Shown: piece by piece, positions 18,302 through 27,821 of the stretch
How the letters are laid out: each line of letters begins with the position of its first letter
How positions within the stretch are numbered: position 1 is the first letter of the stretch
NCBI GenBank assembly: GCA_963932905.1
Contig: CAWVRN010000002.1
Span: 256,001-320,000 of the forward strand
Reading direction: 5' to 3'
Length of the DNA: 64,000 bases
Source of the DNA: an uncultured Bdellovibrio sp.
GTDB lineage: Bacteria; Bdellovibrionota; Bdellovibrionia; Bdellovibrionales; Bdellovibrionaceae
Position numbers and translations under genes: made by a program
Notes under the pieces: model-generated
The model's input: the letters and a program-made list of their open reading frames with translations, nothing else
Databases searched by the model: none
Told to the model about the DNA's origin: nothing

Positions 18302-19651
18302 TCATTTTTTGTGAAGCTGCCCAATGATTTTTTGTCGATAGGAAAAAATGGCTTCCACATCTTTTCGTATAAAGGGTGTCAGCAACCACTTGCCAATGAT
18401 CGAACCCGGTACCCGAAACGTAACGTCATCACGTATCAAAGTTCCCCCTGCAACGTCGTGAAAAGAGTGTACGTGATACCATTTGGTATAGGGGCCTTTT
18501 AGTTGTTCATCCACAAATAGTTCGTCAGGTTGCCACTTTGAAATTCGGGTGCGCCATTTTACTGGGATGCCGTGAATCTTAAGTTTGTAATCGATCAAGA
18601 TATTTTCTGCGATTTTGTCTGCCGATTTATGAGTTATTTTAAAATTCAGCCAAGGCGGTGTGATTTGCTCTAAGTTTTCGGCCAAGCTAAAAAAGTGAAA
18701 TACTTTGTCTTTTGGAAGTGGAATAAATTGGTCGGCGTTGTGGTAGTTATCTAAAAAATTATCATTTCCATATATATTGTCTAGAGCGCCCTGAAAGCTA
18801 TTAAATTCAAAATTAAAACCGGTACGAAGTAAGCGATTAGCCAGAACCCTTTGACTGGCTATTACAACCGAAGCCATTTCTCCTAAAACTAGTTTCAATA
18901 TTTTTTCAGGAGTTCGCATGACAAAGGGGAATCCCATTTTTTTTGAATACACTCGGGTAAGATCAGAATTTTTAATTGGTTCTGGGCTGGTTAAATTATA
19001 TGGGCCCTTGAAACTAGGATTGCTGATGGCTTCATTTACAAACCGCACGACATCAGAAATGTGGACCCAGCTTATCCACTGATTTCCATTGCCTAGAATT
19101 ACAGGAGCCATTTTGCGAAGAAAGCCCCCGTTCTTAGATAGAATAATTCCAAGACGCATATTTACGACACGTACATTATAGTGCTCTTCAATTTTTGTGG
19201 TTTCTTCCCACTCGGTACAAAGTTCAGCTAAAAAACCTTTACCAGCGGGCCAGGATTCGTCAAAAATTTTTCCAGCATCTTCGCCGTATATTCCTATTGC
19301 GGAGGCAGAAATAAATACTTTAGGGCGGTGTGATTCCGGAATAGACGTGATGCTTTTCACCAAATTGCGAGTTGTGTCTAGCCTTGAGCTACGCAGTTGT
19401 TTTTTGCGTTTTGTGGTCCAAGGCTTGTCGGCGATGCCTTCGCCCGCCAAGTTAATCACTACGTCTTTGCCGCTGATGGCATTTGTGGTCAGGGAAGTAT
19501 CTTTATCCCAGAGGTAAACATTGTTTGGGTTCAGTCCCACGACTTTTTGGGGATTTCTTACCAATGCGAAAACTTCATGCCCTTGGATCTGTAATTCAGT
19601 GACCAAGGCTTTTCCTACTAATCCACTAGCGGCAGTGATTAGGATCTTCAC
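18302..19651 (-). CDS. TIGR01777/YfcH-family NAD-dependent epimerase fused to a C-terminal SRPBCC domain
   Basis: ITAASGLVG, VINLAGE, SASAIGIYG; C-terminal NLEQITPP...FVDEQLKGPYTKWYHVH. Confidence 0.85.
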   Translation of the reverse strand: MKILITAASGLVGKALVTELQIQGHEVFALVRNPQKVVGLNPNNVYLWDKDTSLTTNAISGKDVVINLAGEGIADKPWTTKRKKQLRSSRLDTTRNLVKSITSIPESHRPKVFISASAIGIYGEDAGKIFDESWPAGKGFLAELCTEWEETTKIEEHYNVRVVNMRLGIILSKNGGFLRKMAPVILGNGNQWISWVHISDVVRFVNEAISNPSFKGPYNLTSPEPIKNSDLTRVYSKKMGFPFVMRTPEKILKLVLGEMASVVIASQRVLANRLLRTGFNFEFNSFQGALDNIYGNDNFLDNYHNADQFIPLPKDKVFHFFSLAENLEQITPPWLNFKITHKSADKIAENILIDYKLKIHGIPVKWRTRISKWQPDELFVDEQLKGPYTKWYHVHSFHDVAGGTLIRDDVTFRVPGSIIGKWLLTPFIRKDVEAIFSYRQKIIGQLHKK

Positions 19652-20169
19652 AGCGCACTCGGTTGTTTGTCGTAAATTAAATCACTTATATTAAAACCTC
19701 GCGTTTTTAAATTTTCTAAAATCATTTCGAGTGTTGAATTATCCATCTGGGCTGTTCTTGATAAGATAAACAGTGATTTCATATTTGGTCCACTGACGAC
19801 TGCCCATTGATAGTTCTCGTCTAGATCGACGATCCAATAGTCACCTTTTCTAAAAAATCCAAAATCCACTTGTAATTTCGCTGGCGCAAGACTGTCTTTT
19901 GCTGCGGCGGTACCGGAAATAGAAGTGATTTGTTTTTCGCCTTTGTAGCATCGATTTAAGACACTGACTTTACCACTTTCTAGCAGTTGGTATTCTGCTG
20001 TCGACCATTCGCATAGATTTTGGAAAAAATTGGGTTTGTGCGCGATTTCATACCATTTTCCCATATATCTATTTAAGTCTATGTTTTTAATGACTTCGGG
20101 ATCGCGCCCCTCTTTGGACCAACTTAAAGATCCGCATAGAAACATCAGAAGGAATATAAGTAGTCTCAT
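19648..20169 (-). CDS. blc: Bacterial lipocalin (Blc family)
   Basis: DLNRYMGKWYEIA, GDYWIVDLD, LFILSR motifs; signal peptide from ATG 20169. Confidence 0.88.
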   Translation of the reverse strand: MRLLIFLLMFLCGSLSWSKEGRDPEVIKNIDLNRYMGKWYEIAHKPNFFQNLCEWSTAEYQLLESGKVSVLNRCYKGEKQITSISGTAAAKDSLAPAKLQVDFGFFRKGDYWIVDLDENYQWAVVSGPNMKSLFILSRTAQMDNSTLEMILENLKTRGFNISDLIYDKQPSAL

Positions 20170-20206
20170 TTTGAACTCCAGGTTAGATTTAATTTCCTTT
20201 GATTGT

Positions 20207-20250
20207 TGCACAATAGATGTATAATGTAAATACTGTGCATATATTGTGCA
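20207..20250. promoter_or_regulatory. CarH/LitR-type operator in a divergent promoter
   Basis: TGCACA(20207)/TGTATA(20218) and TGTGCA(20234)/TGTGCA(20245), each pair 11 bp apart; perfect 9-bp inverted repeat TGCACAATA...TATTGTGCA. Confidence 0.6.
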
Positions 20251-20269
20251 GTATAAAAGTAGGGTAAAT

Positions 20270-21220
20270 ATGCAGAATATGAATATCAAAGTCGTCGTCC
20301 AAATCACGGGAATAAATGAAAATACCCTAAGGGCCTGGGAACGACGCTACAAAGTTATAGAACCGGAACGGGGCGCTGACGGGCGACGTTTATACTCTAA
20401 AAAGGACGTCGAGAAAATAGCTCTACTATGGAAGTTGGTAAAAAAAGGGTACTTAATAGGTACATTAGCTAACATGTCCAACCAGCAGCTGAAAAAAATG
20501 GAAATGGAAGGTTCCGAGATTGAACTCTCTGCCGAGTCATCCAATGTTTTGAACGATACCCAAGTTGAAAAAGAACAAGTGCACCTGAATACCATTATTG
20601 ATTCGTTGAAAAAATTCAATTTGGATTCGATTCAACAAAGCCTTCAACGGGCACGATTTGAATTGAGCCCTCAAACGATCATCAGTGATCTTATTCTACC
20701 TTTATTGCGAGAGGTAGGAATTAGAGTGGCCGAGGGGACACTCAGTATTTCCCAGGAACATCTGCTGTCCAGTTTGCTGCGTGATCATTTAGGAAATTTG
20801 TATCAATCTCTCTCTCCTTACGATTACAAAAAGAAAATAAATTCAGAAAAAGTTTTGCTGACGACGCGTGAAGGAGATCTTCACGAATTTAGCATTTTGC
20901 TTGCGGCCATATTATGCCGTATCCATGGATACGAAACTTATTATTTGGGGCCCAACATGCCAGTCAAAGATTTGGCTCAGGCTTGCCAGCAATTCAAAAT
21001 AGACATTTTGATTTTAGGACTGGCCAGTTTACCAGTTAAAAATGAAATGATCACAGCAAGTGATTTTATTAGTGAACTAGATCAATTAGCTCCTAAAAGA
21101 ATTCAGTTTCTATCTGGCGGTGCCGCAAAAGTTTCAAGCGGAGCCATTAAATCCGGTAGAAAATATTTAAATTTCTCTTCGATTCGGGATTTAGAATCAT
21201 TTCTGTCGAGCGCGACATGA
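20270..21220 (+). CDS. MerR-HTH plus cobalamin-binding regulator (CarH/LitR family)
   Basis: TLRAWERRY MerR motif; QEHLLS and GDLHEF..YLGPNMP B12-binding motifs. Confidence 0.88.
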   Translation: MQNMNIKVVVQITGINENTLRAWERRYKVIEPERGADGRRLYSKKDVEKIALLWKLVKKGYLIGTLANMSNQQLKKMEMEGSEIELSAESSNVLNDTQVEKEQVHLNTIIDSLKKFNLDSIQQSLQRARFELSPQTIISDLILPLLREVGIRVAEGTLSISQEHLLSSLLRDHLGNLYQSLSPYDYKKKINSEKVLLTTREGDLHEFSILLAAILCRIHGYETYYLGPNMPVKDLAQACQQFKIDILILGLASLPVKNEMITASDFISELDQLAPKRIQFLSGGAAKVSSGAIKSGRKYLNFSSIRDLESFLSSAT

Positions 21221-21230
21221 AGGGGGCATT

Positions 21231-22481
21231 GTGAAAATAGCAGTTGTCGGCAGTGGAATTAGCGGCTTGGCTTCAGCTCTGATATTGTCCACCAAGCATG
21301 AAGTTTCTTTGTTCGAGGCGGAAGGACGCCTGGGAGGCCATGCGCATACTGTTAAGATAACAAATGAAGCCGATAAAGGTCTTGCGGTCGACACAGGATT
21401 TCTGGTTTACAATACAATCACTTACCCACATTTTACCAAATTCTTAAAGTATCTGGATGTGAAAACAGTGGAATCAGATATGAGTTTAGCAATTCAGACA
21501 AAACACGGCCTTGAATGGGCGGGCACCAATTTATTTACAGTTTTTGCGCAAAAGAAAAATATTTTTAATTTCAAGTTTCTATTGATGCTTAAAGAAATTG
21601 TTTCTTTTAATGACCAAGCAGAGGAAAACCTAGTTTTATCGCGAGAAAGAAAATGGACACTGTCTGAACTCGTTAGTTACAGAAAACTAAGTGATAAATT
21701 TTTAAAATGGTATTTGTTGCCGATGACCGGTGCTATTTGGTCCATGTCTTATGCCCAGGCGTTGCAGTTTCCGGCAGAGACTTTTCTGACTTTTTGTATT
21801 AATCACCATTTGCTGCAAGTTAATGGTAGACCCGTATGGAGGACAATTGAAAATGGGTCTGTCAATTATGTAGATAAAGTTAGCGCTAAATTGAAATCGG
21901 TTTTTCTAAACTCGCCTATTGAATCGATAGAGCAAGAAAATGGAATGCTTGTGCTATCGACTCAGGGAAAGAAATATCAGTTTGATAAAATTGTTCTTGC
22001 GACTCATGCCCCAACGTCCTGGTCATTGGTGAGAACGGTTTGTCCTGAAATGGCCAGTTTACTGCAGCCTTTACGAACTAACCCAAATAAAGTGGAACTG
22101 CACAGAGACAGTAAAGTGATGCCTATAAATCGGCAATGTTGGTCTTCTTGGAATGTATGCTCCCAAGATAAAGTAAACGACGAAACTAGTATTCGACTGA
22201 CTTATTACCTAAACAAATTGCAACCTCTAAAGACACATCATGATTACTTTATAACTTTAAATAATCCGGCTCCCGTTGACGGTGTGGAGCAAGTCTTTAC
22301 TTATCATCATCCACAGATGGATTTTGCAACTATTGCTGTCCAAAATAAACTATCAGAGTTTCAGGGAAGAAAGGGAATTTATCTTGCCGGAGCTTGGACC
22401 CGGTACGGGTTTCATGAGGACGGCATTTTAAGCGCTGTGAATGTGGGGCAGCTTTTAGGCTGTAAAGAACCATGGAGTTAA
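21231..22481 (+). CDS. FAD-dependent oxidoreductase (COG2907, UfaD-like)
   Basis: VVGSGISG, RLGGHAHT, VDTGFLVYN, GFHEDG. Confidence 0.9.
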   Translation: MKIAVVGSGISGLASALILSTKHEVSLFEAEGRLGGHAHTVKITNEADKGLAVDTGFLVYNTITYPHFTKFLKYLDVKTVESDMSLAIQTKHGLEWAGTNLFTVFAQKKNIFNFKFLLMLKEIVSFNDQAEENLVLSRERKWTLSELVSYRKLSDKFLKWYLLPMTGAIWSMSYAQALQFPAETFLTFCINHHLLQVNGRPVWRTIENGSVNYVDKVSAKLKSVFLNSPIESIEQENGMLVLSTQGKKYQFDKIVLATHAPTSWSLVRTVCPEMASLLQPLRTNPNKVELHRDSKVMPINRQCWSSWNVCSQDKVNDETSIRLTYYLNKLQPLKTHHDYFITLNNPAPVDGVEQVFTYHHPQMDFATIAVQNKLSEFQGRKGIYLAGAWTRYGFHEDGILSAVNVGQLLGCKEPWS

Positions 22482-23251
22482 ATAAATACTTTTTATCACC
22501 GGATGCTCAAGTATTGATTGGCGAAGGGTGGGTCTATCACGGAAGGCCTGCCGATACTGCTATGGGAAAACCAGGGAATCATTTCAAATATTCTCTGTTT
22601 AATCTATTGATCCCACTTCATCAAAAGAACGCACTTTCTAGCTTGAAACGATTTTCGTTTCTGTCATTGAAAACAAGCGACTATTTATCAGGAAGCGACG
22701 GTGATTTATTCACCAATGCCAAAGAATTCATTCAGCAAAATTTGGGATTTGCTCCCGACGTAATTTGGTTGCAAACGTTGCCTAAAATTTTGGGATATTC
22801 ATTTAATCCGATCAGTTTTTGGTTTTGTTATTCAAGTAATAGACTTGACGGCATTCTATGTGAGGTTAACAACACATTCGGTGATCGCCACTTCTACTTC
22901 GTTAAAAGCCTTGATGGTTTGCTGCAAGAAACCCATATGCTGCCAAAACAGTTTCATGTTTCTCCGTTTTTTCCCATTTCGGGCTCTTATACGTTTGAGT
23001 TTTCTTTAGAAGCAATGGTTTCTGATATTAAAATCACTCTTAAAGATATAGGCAAAATCAAACTTGATACAAGGCTATTCCTAAATTTGGAAATCTTGTC
23101 AAATAAACAACCATGGGAGATTTTTAAAAAATATAAATGGCTTACGGTCGCCGTAATTTTTCGTATCCATTTTCAAGCGTTCAGACTTTGGCTGAAAGGA
23201 ATAAATTTTTATCGGCGTCCAAGTCCTCCGGAGGAAAGGTTTACTTTATGA
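22472..23251 (+). CDS. DUF1365 protein (UfaO-like)
   Basis: FNPISFWFC, EVNNTFGDRH, KQFHVSPFF. Confidence 0.9.
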   Translation: MELNKYFLSPDAQVLIGEGWVYHGRPADTAMGKPGNHFKYSLFNLLIPLHQKNALSSLKRFSFLSLKTSDYLSGSDGDLFTNAKEFIQQNLGFAPDVIWLQTLPKILGYSFNPISFWFCYSSNRLDGILCEVNNTFGDRHFYFVKSLDGLLQETHMLPKQFHVSPFFPISGSYTFEFSLEAMVSDIKITLKDIGKIKLDTRLFLNLEILSNKQPWEIFKKYKWLTVAVIFRIHFQAFRLWLKGINFYRRPSPPEERFTL

Positions 23252-24429
23252 TTAACACGTCTTATTCAACGCGACTCATTTTCAACGCGCTAGAAAAAAC
23301 ACACTCTGGGAGTGTAAAAATTAGAATTGAAGGACAAAGGGAAGAAGTCTTTGGAGAGGGCCCTGTTGTCGCGGAAGTTTTTGTTAAAAGTCCTAAAATA
23401 TTTCGCGATATTGCATTAGGCGGTGATATTGCTTTAGCGGAGGCCATTATTGCTGGAAATTTAAAAATTTCCGATGAACCGGCATTTATCGAGTGGGCTT
23501 GTCGTAATGACGAAAATTTGAAACGAGCCATACATGGAACTTTTATGGGTACTTTGTTTTCGCGGATTAAATCCTTTTTGCGCCCGAATACAATTGAGGG
23601 CGCCAAGAAGAATATTATGGCCCACTATGATTTGGGAAATAAATTCTACCAAAGCTGGCTAGATCCATCTATGAGCTACTCATCTGCCCTGTTTTACAAT
23701 CCAGAATTCAAAGAAGATTTTACTCAGGCCCAGATGAATAAATATGACCGAATCATTGATGAGTTAGAAATCAAGCCCGGTGATCACGTTCTTGAAATCG
23801 GGTGCGGATGGGGCGGATTTTTTTCCAGAGCTATTGAACGCACCGGATGTAAGGTCACTGCGGTTATGAATTCGCCCGCTCAGGCCAGTTTTAACCGTGA
23901 ACTCATTGCTAGGAAACATTTAGAAAATCACGTTAATTTAAAGCAAATAGATTATCGCGAAATCAGTGGTACATACGATAAAGTCGTATCCATCGAAATG
24001 ATCGAAGCCGTCGGCTACCAGTTTTGGCCGACGTACTTTAGCAAGGTTTCAGAATCGTTAAAAACCAAAGGTAAAGCCCTTATTCAATCTATCACGATAA
24101 AAGAAGATCGGTTCGACGAATACAGGAAAAATCCAGATTTTATCAATACCTATATTTTCCCTGGTGGTATGCTATTAACAAACGAGGCTGTAAGATCTAA
24201 CGCAGAAGCGCGTGATTTGATGGGAGCCACGCCATTTGAATTTGGTTTGAGCTATGCAGAAACTTTAAAACGCTGGCGCGATCGTTTTCGAAATTCATTT
24301 AAGAATCAGCTATTGCCTGAATTTGACGAAAAATTCTTTCGACTGTGGCACTTTTATTTGTCTTATTGTGAAGGTGCATTCAACGCTAACCGTATTAATG
24401 TTGCTCACTTTTCATTGGAGAAAAAATAA
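23248..24429 (+). CDS. Cyclopropane-fatty-acyl-phospholipid synthase family methyltransferase (CfaS/UfaM-like)
   Basis: NIMAHYDLGN, LEIGCGWG, SIEMIEAVG, YIFPGG, YCEGAF; ATG overlaps the upstream stop. Confidence 0.92.
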   Translation: MINTSYSTRLIFNALEKTHSGSVKIRIEGQREEVFGEGPVVAEVFVKSPKIFRDIALGGDIALAEAIIAGNLKISDEPAFIEWACRNDENLKRAIHGTFMGTLFSRIKSFLRPNTIEGAKKNIMAHYDLGNKFYQSWLDPSMSYSSALFYNPEFKEDFTQAQMNKYDRIIDELEIKPGDHVLEIGCGWGGFFSRAIERTGCKVTAVMNSPAQASFNRELIARKHLENHVNLKQIDYREISGTYDKVVSIEMIEAVGYQFWPTYFSKVSESLKTKGKALIQSITIKEDRFDEYRKNPDFINTYIFPGGMLLTNEAVRSNAEARDLMGATPFEFGLSYAETLKRWRDRFRNSFKNQLLPEFDEKFFRLWHFYLSYCEGAFNANRINVAHFSLEKK

Positions 24430-24971
24430 TGCATAAATCAATTCATTCCGGTTTTAAAATTCTATTTTTGATTTTTTCAATTGTCTTGTCGTCGTGCTCA
24501 AGCATTACAGTCGATGCTTATAAAGGCCAAACTCCGGCATTTAACTTTGAAGAATTTTTTTCAGGAAATTTGGAGGCCAACGGTGTTTTCCAAGATAGGT
24601 CAGGTAAAGTCATTAAACAAATCCATTGCAAAATGAGAACAGAAAAAAAAGGTGATGATATCCTGATCCACGAAGACTTTGTATATTCCGATGGGATCAA
24701 AGAAAATAGAACTTGGATTATATCAAAAGGGAAAGACGGAAATTTGGTCGGTAGAGCTGGCGATGTTCTGGGCGACGCCAAAATTTCCACATCTGGTTTT
24801 GCATTTAATATGAACTATGTCCTTAGATTGAAAGTTGGGGACGATACAATCGATGTGAAAATGGATGATTGGATGTATCGAGTGAATGAAAAGCTCGTGA
24901 TTAACAAAACTAAAATGTCAAAATGGGGCTTTCACCTGGGCGATGTCTCTTTAGTCATCGAGAAAAAATGA
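24429..24971 (+). CDS. DUF3833 lipoprotein
   Basis: Lipobox LSSC; FFSGNLEANG, EDFVYSDG, MDDWMY. Confidence 0.88.
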   Translation: MHKSIHSGFKILFLIFSIVLSSCSSITVDAYKGQTPAFNFEEFFSGNLEANGVFQDRSGKVIKQIHCKMRTEKKGDDILIHEDFVYSDGIKENRTWIISKGKDGNLVGRAGDVLGDAKISTSGFAFNMNYVLRLKVGDDTIDVKMDDWMYRVNEKLVINKTKMSKWGFHLGDVSLVIEKK

Positions 24972-25675
24972 AATTTGTAGTTTTTTATTTTTTAATTGTT
25001 ACTGTTGCGGTAGCTGAAGTGTTGGTGGGCAAAGCAACTAATGATCAGGGTGAATTTGTATACACCGAAGAACATGTTGTAGATCGCGACGACCAAGGTC
25101 GCGCCAAACATATTGTCACGACCTATTTCGATCCCAATGGAAGAAAAATTGCACAGATGGACTCGGATTTTGAAGGCAAGCTTTCAGCTCCCAATTCAAA
25201 ATTCGAAGATTTCAGATTTGATCGAGTGTTTGAAGGGAAACATTTGAAAATTGACAACAAAGACGTTTATCAAATAGCCGAGTTTAACTCCAAGAAAAAG
25301 GTAAAAACAACAGATCTTGAATTCAAGACTGATTTGGTTTCGGGGCCAGGATTTGATAACTATATAAAAGAAAATTTAATTCGCAAAAAGGTCTCCAAAA
25401 GTTCAGTGCATTTTTTAGTTTTGCCTCGGCACGACTATTATCGATTTGAAGTTATCGCAAAAGGCACTAGTTCTGATTCAAATCAGGAATATGTGATCAA
25501 ACCGTCTCTTGTTTTAAGCTTGTTTGTTAAAGAAATCAGAATTTATTATGACGAAAAATCGGGACTTTTAAAACGATACGTAGGGCTATCTAATCTACCG
25601 TCGGCGCTGGATAAACCACAGTCAGTGACGATTGAATACCAAACTAAAGCTTCTCCAAAGTCGGAATCGTTGTGA
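24968..25675 (+). CDS. Secreted hypothetical protein in the cfa/ufa operon
   Basis: Signal peptide from ATG 24968; VYTEEH, GPGFDNYI, YVGLSNL; 4-bp overlaps on both sides. Confidence 0.75.
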   Translation: MKFVVFYFLIVTVAVAEVLVGKATNDQGEFVYTEEHVVDRDDQGRAKHIVTTYFDPNGRKIAQMDSDFEGKLSAPNSKFEDFRFDRVFEGKHLKIDNKDVYQIAEFNSKKKVKTTDLEFKTDLVSGPGFDNYIKENLIRKKVSKSSVHFLVLPRHDYYRFEVIAKGTSSDSNQEYVIKPSLVLSLFVKEIRIYYDEKSGLLKRYVGLSNLPSALDKPQSVTIEYQTKASPKSESL

Positions 25676-26184
25676 TATCGAATAGGTTGGTTCGTTTCAT
25701 TCAGTTTAATCTACTTTGGTTTTTGACGGCTTTTTTGGCGAAAACAGAATATATTAATTTTTTACTTATATTCTTTTTGGCTCTGCTTTTTTGGGATTTG
25801 CGGTTATCCAATACCAAACAAAGACTGATGGCCGTATTTGTGGTGGTAGTTGGTTTAGGATTTGATTTTGTTTGTCAGCGGCTGGGAGTTATCCGTTTTA
25901 TTGGTGGTGAAGGCCTTTTTTTACCTAGATGGTTAATTGCACTCTGGATATTGTTTGCATGGGTCGTTCCTTCTTTAATTATCCAATTTAAAGACAGACG
26001 GATTTTATTGGCTTGTTTGTCATTAGTTTTTGGTCCGCTAAGTTACTATTCAGGAGTTTCTTTTGATATCCTTAACGTTACCGATGTGTCTTTCTATTGG
26101 ATTTACGCAATCTTTTGGGGAATTTTTATCTATCTAGTTCATTTTTTAACTCACTCTAAAATCGAGGTTACTAGTGGAAATTAG
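25672..26184 (+). CDS. DUF2878 membrane protein
   Basis: Multi-TM; PRWLIALW and GPLSYYSG motifs. Confidence 0.8.
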   Translation: MISNRLVRFIQFNLLWFLTAFLAKTEYINFLLIFFLALLFWDLRLSNTKQRLMAVFVVVVGLGFDFVCQRLGVIRFIGGEGLFLPRWLIALWILFAWVVPSLIIQFKDRRILLACLSLVFGPLSYYSGVSFDILNVTDVSFYWIYAIFWGIFIYLVHFLTHSKIEVTSGN

Positions 26185-26956
26185 AAATAGAAATGTCGTT
26201 ATTACAGGATCAAGTCGTGGCATTGGCTGGGAATTAGCACGTGCCATCGCGAAAGAAGGGGCCACTCTTCATTTAGTTCAACGCACTTGGGATAGCAAAA
26301 AAATCGATGAGCTCAAAAACTTAGGTGCCGCTAAAGTAGTGACGTGGACCTGCGATCTGACTCAAACCCAAAACATAATTGATTTAGGAAAAAATTTAGC
26401 CAAAGAGAATATTGATATTTTAGTTAACAATGCGGGAATATTAACAGGTGAGTTGTTAGAGAAACAATCTGATAACGAGATCGTAGACGTTTTTCAGCTT
26501 AATCTAGTGGCTTCAGCTTTGCTGATTAAAGCCGTGCTGCCTTCGATGATCAATCGGCGTAGTGGAAAAATAGTAAATAACACCAGCGTATCGGCTTACA
26601 TGCGTTTTCCATGCGCTACGACATATGCTGCGGCGAAAAGTGGATTGCTGGCTTTGACAGAATGCTTGGAAACAGAATTGACGGGTACGGGAGTAAACAC
26701 ATTATCACTGGTTACCCCGGGAATTAAGACCGACATGTTTGACCAAATTAAAACTTCTTATGGGAAATATTTTGATTCGCCTTCAGACTATATAACGGCT
26801 GAGGCCTACGCTCAGCAAATTGTCGGTGCGATTAAAAAAGATAAAGCTTATTTAATGCCTTCGGGAGCAACTCGATTTGGATTGTTTATGACCAAATACA
26901 CGCCAGGGATTTTCAAGAAATTTGTGATAGGAAATTTTAATAGGAATCAAAAATAA
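26174..26956 (+). CDS. Short-chain dehydrogenase/reductase
   Basis: TGSSRGIG, NNAG, YAAAK. Confidence 0.92.
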   Translation: MEIRNRNVVITGSSRGIGWELARAIAKEGATLHLVQRTWDSKKIDELKNLGAAKVVTWTCDLTQTQNIIDLGKNLAKENIDILVNNAGILTGELLEKQSDNEIVDVFQLNLVASALLIKAVLPSMINRRSGKIVNNTSVSAYMRFPCATTYAAAKSGLLALTECLETELTGTGVNTLSLVTPGIKTDMFDQIKTSYGKYFDSPSDYITAEAYAQQIVGAIKKDKAYLMPSGATRFGLFMTKYTPGIFKKFVIGNFNRNQK

Positions 26957-26961
26957 GACGA

Positions 26962-27666
26962 CTATAAATGTTTTTCAAAGTAGTTCTGCAAAAATGTTTT
27001 GGCAGCAGCGATATCAGGCTTTTTTAATATCAGAGTTTCTACATTCGTCATGACAGATTGGGAAAAACCGCATGGGTACATTCCACGAAATGCCTTCGAG
27101 TCTGCAAATAAATTGATCGCAGCGCCATGATAGGTGATCCATTTTTTTACTGCAATTCCCAGTGAAGCCACTTTTTGACCATGTACCCAAACTCCTGTTT
27201 CTTCAACAGGATGGCCTTTGTAGTCGTGTTGGGGTTTGCGATTTTCAAGATCTAGTGTTTTGCCTTCAGCATTTATATCCAACGATTTCAACCATTCAAT
27301 AATGCCATTTTCTAACTTACGTAAATGTCCAGCCACGTTTTGTTGTTCGTTGGCCGGGCGACTGGCATGTTTTAAATTGATGATGGGATAGATCACCAAC
27401 TGCGAAGGTCCGTGGTAGGTAGCGCGGCCACCTCGACTAATTTCGGCGATGGGGCCATCCCAAGAAAATACGTCGCCATCTTCGGTCGATCGCCCTAACG
27501 TTACAATTTCAGGATGAGTGCAAAATACAATTATGCCCGGCAAGTCCATTGAATGCACACGTTCAACCAATTCAAGTTGTCGCGTGTTAGATTCAAAATA
27601 ATCAATCAAACCCCAATCTTGTATTTCCATCTTTGTTTGACCAGTTTTGTCTTGATTCATTTGCAT
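26962..27666 (-). CDS. lipB: Octanoyltransferase LipB
   Basis: RGGRATYHGPSQLVIYPI, KVASLG, TYHGAAIN, PCG. Confidence 0.92.
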   Translation of the reverse strand: MQMNQDKTGQTKMEIQDWGLIDYFESNTRQLELVERVHSMDLPGIIVFCTHPEIVTLGRSTEDGDVFSWDGPIAEISRGGRATYHGPSQLVIYPIINLKHASRPANEQQNVAGHLRKLENGIIEWLKSLDINAEGKTLDLENRKPQHDYKGHPVEETGVWVHGQKVASLGIAVKKWITYHGAAINLFADSKAFRGMYPCGFSQSVMTNVETLILKKPDIAAAKTFLQNYFEKHL

Positions 27667-27672
27667 AAAGCC

Positions 27673-27819
27673 TTACTTGAGCCAAAAGTCTTGATTCTCT
27701 ATGTCTTTTGTTAAATCCGCCGGAACAGCTGCCACTATTTGTCCACAGTTGGATTTAATAGAATAGTCATATCAAGAGAGTACATTTAAAGCCACTAAAC
27801 CAACCAATATTTTTTTCAT
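27673..27819 (-). pseudogene. 48-codon secreted/lipoprotein-like ORF interrupted by an in-frame TGA
   Basis: Manual translation MKKILVGLVALNVLS*YDYSIKSNCGQIVAAVPADLTKDIENQDFWLK*; fills the lpdA-lipB gap almost exactly. Confidence 0.5.
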
Positions 27820-27821
27820 AA

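Noticed and set aside
19648..20307. Long N-terminal extension of the lipocalin (and of ORFs starting 14824, 23137, 24923, 5642)
   Set aside because: Upstream in-frame starts overlap neighbouring genes or the operator; downstream ATGs give proper signal peptides or gene coupling.
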